From the NCBI GenBank assembly GCA_964458155.1, contig CAYWGP010000171.1:11073-75072 (forward strand): a stretch of 64,000 nt of DNA, given 5' to 3'. Positions 56,799-64,000 of this stretch are shown one piece after another. This DNA is from an uncultured Bacteroides sp. (GTDB lineage: Bacteria > Bacteroidota > Bacteroidia > Bacteroidales > GCA-2748055). Positions within the stretch are counted from its first letter, which is position 1. The number at the start of each line of letters is the position of its first letter. Below the pieces are notes generated by a model. It was not told where the DNA came from and searched no databases. It worked only from the letters and a program-made list of their open reading frames with translations. The translations under genes were made by a program, and so were the position numbers.

Positions 56799-58268
56799 AT
56801 GAGAAACAGTTGTTTATTAATTGCCTTACTGATCTTTTTCATTATGCAAAGCTGCGATACACCTGAACGTACTTATGTCACTGTGGTTTTTGATGTGGAG
56901 GACTATATATCTCCGGTATCCGATAGTGTGGATGAGATTCCACGGTGGCTGGCTGAAACCATGACTGAAGTGGGTGTGACCGGAACCTTTTTTGTGATCG
57001 GGGAGAAGGCGCGTTCTCTTGAAGAACGGGGACGCCGTGATGTGATAGAAGCCATGGCGGCACATGATATTGGAAGCCATACAAACCTGGGATCTATCCA
57101 TCCAACAGTTACCGAGATCCTGGAGTATGCCGACTGGGACCATGGTGTGCAGCTAATGCTCGAAAATGAATCACCTGGATTTGATGAGCTTGAGCGGATT
57201 TTCGGGGTTCCGGTGAGTACCCTGGCCAGACATGGAGGATCCTATGGCCCACAGTTGGTATATGCACTGGGTCAGATGGGAAAGGGCTATGTCTATTCAC
57301 CTGTACAACTACCCGGCAAACATGCTGTCTGGTTCTGCAATACCCTGAATTTTCATGGCGATTATGGAGCTTTTGATGATGTATATTACAAGGACGAACT
57401 GTTTAATCCCGTTTTTGACAGCCTGAAGAAGAACTTCCTGGCAGATATTGAAGGGGTGGATATGATCTCTTTCTTTGCCTGTCACCCCACCAAGGTCAGG
57501 GCCGAACAATTCTGGGATTTTAATTTTTACGAGGGCGCCAATCCGGATAAGGACAGTCTCAGGCCACCTGCGCTGCGCCCGGCAGAAACTATGCTTACGG
57601 CCCGAAAGAATTTTAAACGCTTAATGCAGTTTTTGAAAGACCAGGAGAGTATCGAGGTAGTTACCATCAGTGAACTGATGGAAAGGTTTTCATATGAGCC
57701 TGATTATATTTCCAGCAGGGATCTAAGAAGAATTGCCGGTGAAATCAAATCGGCCAGGCAGGTAGTATATGATGATGTTTATTCCCCTGCTGAGTTTTTT
57801 ACAGCACTTGCTCAATCACTGGCGGAATATAAGCAGAGCGGCAAGATACCTGGAAAACTACGGCGCGAGAGTCCCCTGGGCCCCATGTCTGTGCCACCTG
57901 AGGCACCTGGTATTTCCTCCCTTTCGCCTGACCAGGTGTTTGAACTTGCTGAACTGGCAAGGGACAGTATTCGCAACCGGGGATATTTACCTTCTTCAAT
58001 AATGGCTGCTGATTGCCACATAGGCACCGGATCCCTTCTGCAATTGTTCAGCACCGCTTACCTGGATATTGCAGAAAAAAAAGAACAGGATAACTATGAG
58101 GTGATCCCCTTCGATGGCTATCCAAAGGAGCATGAAGAGACAATCATCTCAGAGGTGGAGAGTTACAAGCACTGGATCGTTCACCGGACCGACCTTGATA
58201 TGTCGCAACTGGCCCAAATGACACGCTTGCAGCTCTGGACACTGAAGCCAGCACGTGAACAGCCTTAG
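56799..58268 (+). CDS. Hypothetical lipoprotein, possibly with a NodB/CE4-like deacetylase fold
   Basis: 489 aa with lipobox FFIMQSC. The weak similarity rests on VVFDVEDY and HDIGSHTNLGSIH. The functional call has low confidence. Confidence 0.55.
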   Translation: MRNSCLLIALLIFFIMQSCDTPERTYVTVVFDVEDYISPVSDSVDEIPRWLAETMTEVGVTGTFFVIGEKARSLEERGRRDVIEAMAAHDIGSHTNLGSIHPTVTEILEYADWDHGVQLMLENESPGFDELERIFGVPVSTLARHGGSYGPQLVYALGQMGKGYVYSPVQLPGKHAVWFCNTLNFHGDYGAFDDVYYKDELFNPVFDSLKKNFLADIEGVDMISFFACHPTKVRAEQFWDFNFYEGANPDKDSLRPPALRPAETMLTARKNFKRLMQFLKDQESIEVVTISELMERFSYEPDYISSRDLRRIAGEIKSARQVVYDDVYSPAEFFTALAQSLAEYKQSGKIPGKLRRESPLGPMSVPPEAPGISSLSPDQVFELAELARDSIRNRGYLPSSIMAADCHIGTGSLLQLFSTAYLDIAEKKEQDNYEVIPFDGYPKEHEETIISEVESYKHWIVHRTDLDMSQLAQMTRLQLWTLKPAREQP

Positions 58269-58276
58269 AATGGCTC

Positions 58277-58528
58277 TTATCTGAAAATAAAGAATGCAAG
58301 CACCAGGAGGCCGCATAGCAGGGCCAGAAGAAATATCAGGGTCATGCGTCTTTTTTTGTTTCGCTGATCCCTGAGGGTGATTGTGCTCAGAGCATCCTCA
58401 TCAATCTCCTGCTGAAGGTCTTCCTTATCTGCCTTGTTCCTGCAGTAAACAAAGCAGATCTTGTGAATGATATTCTGATGTGTGTGTATCAGTTCAAGGA
58501 AGTGCCGATGGATCCGCTCTTGTGTCAT
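58277..58528 (-). pseudogene. Sigma-70 region-2-like N-terminus joined to a TM helix, a possible sigma factor remnant
   Basis: The 83-aa ORF begins with FLELIHTHQNIIHKICFVYCRNKADKEDLQQEI, which resembles the start of Bacteroidota ECF-like sigma factors. Most of region 2 and all of region 4 are missing. It ends in LIFLLALLCGLLVLAFFIF. Confidence 0.35.
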
Positions 58529-58573
58529 TGACCAAATGTTCTTTCCTGGTTAGTCAATGATCCGGACAAATAA

Positions 58574-58771
58574 CTACAAAATATACTTTACTGTTTTATT
58601 TTCGATCATCTCCTGCAGCTGCATAAGCAGGGCTCGTTCATGTGGGTCAATATGGCCATCGTCAGTTGCAATGTGTAAAATACTATCCATTTCGGCACGG
58701 GTAATTTTTCCATCCTCAATGGCTTTTTCTATCATTTTTCTGAGCCGTCCGGCGCTTTCGCTGATTTTCAT
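58574..58771 (-). CDS. Small hypothetical protein (65 aa)
   Basis: The sequence is helical and charged with plausible composition (KMIEKAIEDGKITRAEMDSILHIATDDGHIDPHERALL). It is preferred over the overlapping plus-strand ORF. Confidence 0.5.
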   Translation of the reverse strand: MKISESAGRLRKMIEKAIEDGKITRAEMDSILHIATDDGHIDPHERALLMQLQEMIENKTVKYIL

Positions 58772-58840
58772 GATGCTATGCAGGTTAATATTATTCTATA
58801 AAAATAACATGAAAAAGCTTCTTTCAGTAAAATCTGGCAA

Positions 58841-58869
58841 TAAAAAAAGCCTGTCAAAACTGACAGGCT
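58841..58869 (-). terminator. Rho-independent terminator after the cold-shock gene
   Basis: AGCCTGTCA-aaac-TGACAGGCT is a perfect 9-bp stem. The plus-strand A7 run gives a T-run on the minus strand. Confidence 0.75.
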
Positions 58870-58896
58870 GTAAAATGCAGTAGGGTCAAACTGTAG

Positions 58897-59088
58897 TTAT
58901 ACTAATTTGACGTTTGTTGCGCTCAGTCCTTTTGGACCTTCTTCCACATCGTAGCTAACTTTATCGCCTTCAGTGATTTCGTCGATTAATCCGCTTTGAT
59001 GTACAAAAACGTCTTTACCTCCTTCTTCAGGGTTGATAAAACCGAAACCTTTAACATTGTTGAAGAATTTTACTGTACCGTTACTCAT
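58897..59088 (-). CDS. Cold-shock protein (CspA family)
   Basis: 63 aa with RNP motifs (KGFGFI, VFVHQS). Confidence 0.95.
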   Translation of the reverse strand: MSNGTVKFFNNVKGFGFINPEEGGKDVFVHQSGLIDEITEGDKVSYDVEEGPKGLSATNVKLV

Positions 59089-59155
59089 AACTTTTAATTA
59101 AAATGAAACATAACTCTTACTAATAACAAGTGTAAAGGTAATTTGTTTTATTGGA

Positions 59156-60520
59156 TTAATGCTTAATTATTATTCTGGAAAACAAATATTTACCCTCAAG
59201 GCTGATTCTGATCATATAGAATCCTGCTTCCATACTGCTCATATCAAGCATATGGGTGCCAGAATAGCTATCCAACTGGCTATGAATTTTTCTTCCCCTG
59301 GAATCATATAAGTCAATATTGGTCTGTGCTGACTGCTCTCCCCGTATTTCAATATTCAGTTGATCCTTTACCGGATTTGGATAAATACTGAAGGCAGAAT
59401 TATTTAGAATTTCAATTTGTTGCCCGGTACCAAGTGGACCGGAGCTCACATCCCAAATTATCTCATACTTGTGGTAGCTCTCATTTTCGTAGGGTCGTAT
59501 CTGGTAGGAGGTATCAGTAACAGACACTTTTACCTTGTTCAGGCCCTGGCTTAGTTCAGTAGACAGCACCGTCATGGAATCGACGCCTGCACCTATCATC
59601 ACCTCATTGAGATACCAGAGCCTTTCAAGAGACGTTGGCTCAGGATGGTTAAGATCGAGCTTAAACACTACAGAAGATGTGGACATTTCAAATGTGTTTA
59701 TACCTGGCTCATATCCTTTAAACGGGGATGTCATCGCATAGATCGTTTCAATAACTCCCTCCCTGCAGACTGCACAGAAAGGTTCGCCCAGGTATCTCAT
59801 GATGCAATCTTGATGCGGCCGGTACCATGAGGGGGATTCAGCATGTGCATATAATCCGATGTCATTATCGCCATACCAGTTCCTCCACGTCAGGGTTTCA
59901 AGGTCGGTATTCTGGGTCATGTTAGTGGTTTCCATGGCATACTGGGCACCGGCCCAGTATTCGTCTGACAGATCTGCAAATGAATGCCCCATTTCATGTA
60001 AAGCAATATCCGGGGAGTCTTCATGCAATGATGCAGTTGCCACCCATCCTCCTGAACCACCATAAGTTAAAGCGTTGACCAGCATAAATACCTGGTCATA
60101 TTCCGGGAAATTGTTTGCCAGCACATTTGATACGGCGGTGTTGTTTGTGGGAACCAGCAAGCGTTCTATACCAGCAAAGCCAAATGTACTTCCAAAGTAG
60201 TTATCTATCAGATTGTCAGGATCTGTAGCAGCGCCTGAGACATTGGAGGGTACACTGATGGCAAAGGAATTGAAAAATGGTTTGAATCTTATGAAGGGAT
60301 CAACGGTGAAGAGAAGATTGGTATATTCTTCTGCAATATCCCTGAAATCCTGTAATTCACTCTCCAGGAACCCATCCCCCAGGAAGACAAGATTAATGGG
60401 ATAGTCTGTATCGCCCTGATACAGAAGGGTATCTACCCGGAAGGTCTGACTGAATATCCCGCTTGGGGATACAATAAAGAGCAGAAGTACAAAGAAAAGA
60501 TATTTGTAAAGTTTTCTCAT
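59156..60520 (-). CDS. M64-family metallopeptidase with a T9SS C-terminal sorting domain
   Basis: 454 aa with the Zn motif HEMGHSFADLSDEY. The C-terminus is Por-secretion-tail-like (FSIYPNPVKDQLNIEI ... YMIRISLEG). Confidence 0.85.
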   Translation of the reverse strand: MRKLYKYLFFVLLLFIVSPSGIFSQTFRVDTLLYQGDTDYPINLVFLGDGFLESELQDFRDIAEEYTNLLFTVDPFIRFKPFFNSFAISVPSNVSGAATDPDNLIDNYFGSTFGFAGIERLLVPTNNTAVSNVLANNFPEYDQVFMLVNALTYGGSGGWVATASLHEDSPDIALHEMGHSFADLSDEYWAGAQYAMETTNMTQNTDLETLTWRNWYGDNDIGLYAHAESPSWYRPHQDCIMRYLGEPFCAVCREGVIETIYAMTSPFKGYEPGINTFEMSTSSVVFKLDLNHPEPTSLERLWYLNEVMIGAGVDSMTVLSTELSQGLNKVKVSVTDTSYQIRPYENESYHKYEIIWDVSSGPLGTGQQIEILNNSAFSIYPNPVKDQLNIEIRGEQSAQTNIDLYDSRGRKIHSQLDSYSGTHMLDMSSMEAGFYMIRISLEGKYLFSRIIIKH

Positions 60521-61029
60521 TGGATTTGTGTTTTAAGAAGGAGTATTCCTTCGTTAGCATTGCCTGTGAATCTATTAAGCAGAATGGAATTTGCGTCGGC
60601 CTCAAACTGCAACCTTACATTGAATTGAGCACTATCCAGATGAATCATTTTAGATTCCAGCTGTCCGGCATCATTTACAAATTCAACAGATCTGTCAAGG
60701 GGGTTGGGAATAATGCGTTGAGTCATGATTTGTTGATTCCCGTCCAGGACCAGAAGTTCAAGATCATCTTTCTCGGCCTGGGTGCTATTGTTCGAAGTCT
60801 CCTTAATTTTCCCGTCTCTGATGATCATATTGATCAATTGTGCGTTATAAGTATTGGTGGTAGTATCTCTTGTAAGCTGATAATCAAGGAACAGAATCCT
60901 CGAAGGTTCTTCTGCTTTACCTTCCTGCAGATCTGAACTATGGATATTTTTAGGAGGACTGCATGAGATCAGGATGGATAACATGCTCAGTACAAGCAGC
61001 GCTTTTGATCCGATATCTGTCTGTTTCAT
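60517..61029 (-). CDS. Hypothetical lipoprotein
   Basis: 170 aa with lipobox LSILISC. Its stop overlaps the M64 peptidase start (ATGA). Confidence 0.65.
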   Translation of the reverse strand: MKQTDIGSKALLVLSMLSILISCSPPKNIHSSDLQEGKAEEPSRILFLDYQLTRDTTTNTYNAQLINMIIRDGKIKETSNNSTQAEKDDLELLVLDGNQQIMTQRIIPNPLDRSVEFVNDAGQLESKMIHLDSAQFNVRLQFEADANSILLNRFTGNANEGILLLKTQIQ

Positions 61030-61265
61030 ATGATTGCGCTCCCGGGGGAGGTGCTTAAGAGCTAATAAACTCCAGCTTAATAATTTGGGGCAATCATAAG
61101 TTAGTCAATTCAATTGAATTGAAGAAGAATTTACTTTTTTTTAACACGCTCTATATTATGCAGCAGAATCGATTAGCTGATTGTAGAGTTCTTTCTCTGC
61201 TTCCGAGTAAACAGGCTAAGCCTTGTCGGGAGGAAGGGCGGGGTACCCGGGGCGTCGGAAAGAGA

Positions 61266-62795
61266 CTATTTATTTCTTCTGATGAATATTATTGACATGA
61301 TTCCACCCATCAAGGTCAGGAAGGAGGCTATAAATACAACTCTGTTGAAAGCAGAAACAAACGAATCGTTGAACAGCTTCCTGATAAGACTCGTGTTTTC
61401 GAGTGACAGCCCATCAGGTACCTCCGCTGCGGCAAATTTGGATGATTCGATCTTAATCTCATGCTTTATCTCAGTGGCTATATCCATGGCCGCCAATTCC
61501 CCTTCAATGGAGTTTGTAAATATGCTCAGGGCCATGGCTCCAAGCAAGGCCACTGCAAGAACACCAGCCGATCTTGCAAGGGTATTGTTGATGCCGGAGG
61601 CTATGCCTGAATAGTCTTCAGAAACTGCTCCCATGGCGGCTGTTGTCAAAGGAGCCACTGTAATACCCATTCCCATTCCCAGAAGCAGAAAAGAGATAAA
61701 AAAAGTACTCCAGTATTCGCCGGGTCCTTCGGTGATCCCGTAGGTAGAAAAAAGGAAAAACCCTGAACTGGTAATCAAAGGTCCAATTATCAGTGGTATT
61801 CGTGGCCCAATCCTGTCGGAAAGCCTTCCGCTAAAAGGGGATATCCCAGCTATGAGAATAATCATGGGCAACATGGCAATTCCAGCCTGCAATTCACTGT
61901 ACTCCTGTTTCTGAACGAGGTTGAGGGGCAGGAAAAACATAGATCCACCCAGTGCAGCATAAACAAACAGGGTCAAAAGATTGGCACCACTGAATGTCAT
62001 TGAGTTGAATAATTTCAAGGGCATCATAGGGTGGCTTGAACGGTATTGGACAATTATGAATCCGATCAGAGATAAGCCTCCAATGAGGAGAGACGATATG
62101 ATGTTTATGTTTCCAAATCCCTGTTTTGGCGATTCAATGAAACCGTAGGTAATTCCTGCAAGTCCTAAGGTTACAAGTATGGCGCCCCATATATCCAGCT
62201 TTTGGGCTTCTGGGTTTCTTGATTCAGGCACCCTGAGAAGCATAATAATGAACACAAGCACGCTCAATGGAATATTTATAAAGAAAATAACCCTCCATAG
62301 TCCAAGGCCGGCAAGCCATCCTCCAAGTACCGGTCCAAAAACAGCAGTAAGTGCACTGAATGTGGACCATAATCCAATGGCACGACCCCGGCCGGCATTC
62401 CCAAATTGTGAGCTCAGGATGGATAGACTGCCCGGGGTTAGCAGTGCTCCGCCAATACCCTGAAAGGCACGTGCAATAATTAATTGAAGAGGACTCTGAG
62501 AAATTCCACATATCAGCGAAGAAATGGAGAAAATACCCAGACCCGTTAAAAACACTTTGTTCCGTCCATAAATATCACCAAGAGAGCCACCCACCAACAA
62601 TAGGGCTGATAAAAACAGGGCATAAGCATTGATGATCCATAAGAGTTCCGTCCCTGTAATTCCCAGATCTTCCTGAAGTGCCGGAAGGGCAACATTCAGT
62701 GCTGTGCTGTCAATAAATACCAGGCTTGATGCCAGGATGGTCGCCAGCAGGGTGCATTTTTGATTGGATGAAAATCCAGGCTTTTCAGATCCCAT
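61266..62795 (-). CDS. MFS transporter, DHA2 (EmrB/QacA, 14-TMS) type
   Basis: 509 aa with about 14 TM helices and the motif LVGGSLGDIYGRNKVF. Confidence 0.85.
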   Translation of the reverse strand: MGSEKPGFSSNQKCTLLATILASSLVFIDSTALNVALPALQEDLGITGTELLWIINAYALFLSALLLVGGSLGDIYGRNKVFLTGLGIFSISSLICGISQSPLQLIIARAFQGIGGALLTPGSLSILSSQFGNAGRGRAIGLWSTFSALTAVFGPVLGGWLAGLGLWRVIFFINIPLSVLVFIIMLLRVPESRNPEAQKLDIWGAILVTLGLAGITYGFIESPKQGFGNINIISSLLIGGLSLIGFIIVQYRSSHPMMPLKLFNSMTFSGANLLTLFVYAALGGSMFFLPLNLVQKQEYSELQAGIAMLPMIILIAGISPFSGRLSDRIGPRIPLIIGPLITSSGFFLFSTYGITEGPGEYWSTFFISFLLLGMGMGITVAPLTTAAMGAVSEDYSGIASGINNTLARSAGVLAVALLGAMALSIFTNSIEGELAAMDIATEIKHEIKIESSKFAAAEVPDGLSLENTSLIRKLFNDSFVSAFNRVVFIASFLTLMGGIMSIIFIRRNK

Positions 62796-62834
62796 ATGCC
62801 ATTTTGCCTCAGATTTTTCTGAACGATCTGATCT

Positions 62835-63812
62835 TTAAAATTTGAATTCTCCAACAGCCTTTTCACATCCTTCCCAGTTGATTTGGATATTGGATTCATC
62901 GACCAGGAGGTCTTCCGGTGGCAACAGATCAGGAAAGCCTTTCCATCCGGCGGCGGGACCAAAAAAATCTCCTGATTTGGCCTCCTTGTCCATGCTTGCG
63001 CGTATGATTCCGGTCGCACCATCTTCAGCTGACTGAGCCTGGGTCATGAGATCACTTTTGCCATCCATTCCCCCATCCACTGCCGTTGTGACCTGCAATT
63101 GGGTCAGAGCAAGTCCCGGATGAGCAAGAAGAGGAATAACATTGTGGATTTGCTTTTCTTCCAGTTTGTTTTTGAGCCCATAGGTGAAAGAGGCATTGGC
63201 AAGCTTGGTCTGATGGTATCTTTCCCATCTGGGTCCCTGAAAGCTGAGGTTTTCCTCATCCGTGCCATCACCGCCCAGGTGGCCTCCTTTTTTCTCAAAA
63301 TATTCCATTTTGAGGGGTCCGCCCAGTCTTGCCATGGATGAATGATTCACTATTCGGCCCTGCGAGCTTTTTTTCAGAAGAGGGAATAGTTCTTTAGTAA
63401 TCAGGAAGTGGGAAATTGCATTGGTCTGCATCTGCACATCGTAACCATCTGTGGTCGCCTGGTCTTTGAGGGCCATCACTCCTGCATTATTTACAAGCAC
63501 ATCGATCTTTTCGTATCTTGACTTAATCTCTTCCATGGCGCTTTGCACGCTGGCAAAGCTCTGCAGATCACAATCAATGGGATCGAATTTCCCACCGGGA
63601 ACGGATTCAAGCAACTGGCTATGGGCTTGCCTGGATCTTTCACTGTTGCGATTAAGGAGAATGACGGTGGCTCCCCTTTTTGCTACTTCCCTCGCGCAAA
63701 CAAAGCCCGTACCGCTGGTAGTTCCGGTTATCGCGACCACTTTATGGGTCATGTCTTGTGTGTGGTTTTCTATCACCCCATTGAGGTGTTGTGTAATGAT
63801 TTGACTTGTCAT
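62835..63812 (-). CDS. SDR-family oxidoreductase
   Basis: 325 aa with a Rossmann TGTTSGTGF, NNAG, and a Yx3K context (YHQTK). Confidence 0.85.
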   Translation of the reverse strand: MTSQIITQHLNGVIENHTQDMTHKVVAITGTTSGTGFVCAREVAKRGATVILLNRNSERSRQAHSQLLESVPGGKFDPIDCDLQSFASVQSAMEEIKSRYEKIDVLVNNAGVMALKDQATTDGYDVQMQTNAISHFLITKELFPLLKKSSQGRIVNHSSMARLGGPLKMEYFEKKGGHLGGDGTDEENLSFQGPRWERYHQTKLANASFTYGLKNKLEEKQIHNVIPLLAHPGLALTQLQVTTAVDGGMDGKSDLMTQAQSAEDGATGIIRASMDKEAKSGDFFGPAAGWKGFPDLLPPEDLLVDESNIQINWEGCEKAVGEFKF

Positions 63813-64000
63813 GGTATTTTCTGTATTAATCCGTATATCAATACAACGTTCCAGGCAAAAGGTTAACTAAAACCACGAAGATTAGCACGGATTTAACAAA
63901 CAGGCTTCTTTTTACCCTGATTATTTCACAGTTGGTATATTTTTTCCTTTTGTGTGTCCGAGTTTTTCATACTCCAATGCATCTTTTGCATCGGACAATG

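Noticed and set aside
58557-58883. 108-aa plus-strand ORF
   Set aside because: It runs through the csp terminator hairpin and has Cys/Ser/Ile-rich junk composition. The minus-strand 65-aa ORF looks more protein-like.
61238-61254. GC-rich overlapping palindromes (GGGTACCC, CCCGGG) downstream of the DHA2 transporter, considered as a terminator or small RNA
   Set aside because: The stems are very short, no T-tract follows on the relevant strand, and there is no extended conserved structure I can recognise.

Overview
This 64-kb window looks like a chromosomal segment from an anaerobic Bacteroidota-type bacterium. The taxonomic call is an inference from a type III glutamine synthetase, a T9SS C-terminal sorting domain on an M64 peptidase, DUF2851, DUF3109 and DUF4294 genes, many lipoproteins, and TAnnTTTG -7 promoter boxes. 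Most of the window is dense housekeeping. It includes the end of a multimeric [FeFe]-hydrogenase operon, glnN, purM, prfA, pyrF, sucC, pnp, rpsO, a biotin-dependent acyl-CoA carboxylase operon, peptidases and transporters. I found no rRNA, tRNA, CRISPR array, transposase or integrase. The stand-out region is about 38.5-51.9 kb, an island of c-type cytochrome genes carrying 50 canonical CxxCH haem motifs in six proteins. These are a hexahaem lipoprotein with a collagen-like Gly-X-Y stalk, two tandem paralogous 10-haem lipoproteins, a tetrahaem protein, a 933-aa fusion of 19 c-haems to a membrane cytochrome-b-like domain, and a monohaem lipoprotein. The island also encodes a tandem-rhodanese lipoprotein, a small outer-membrane beta-barrel and an uncharacterised lipoprotein. 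Two FNR-like regulators with N-terminal Cys clusters bracket it, each divergently transcribed from cytochrome genes across an intergenic region carrying a related (C/T)TGA(C/T)-N4-(A/G)TCAG box. No conventional catalytic reductase subunit is present. I read the island as a candidate redox-regulated, lipoprotein-based electron-transfer system, possibly extracellular, of a kind I do not recognise as described for this phylum. All family assignments come from motif recognition by eye, and no database search was run.
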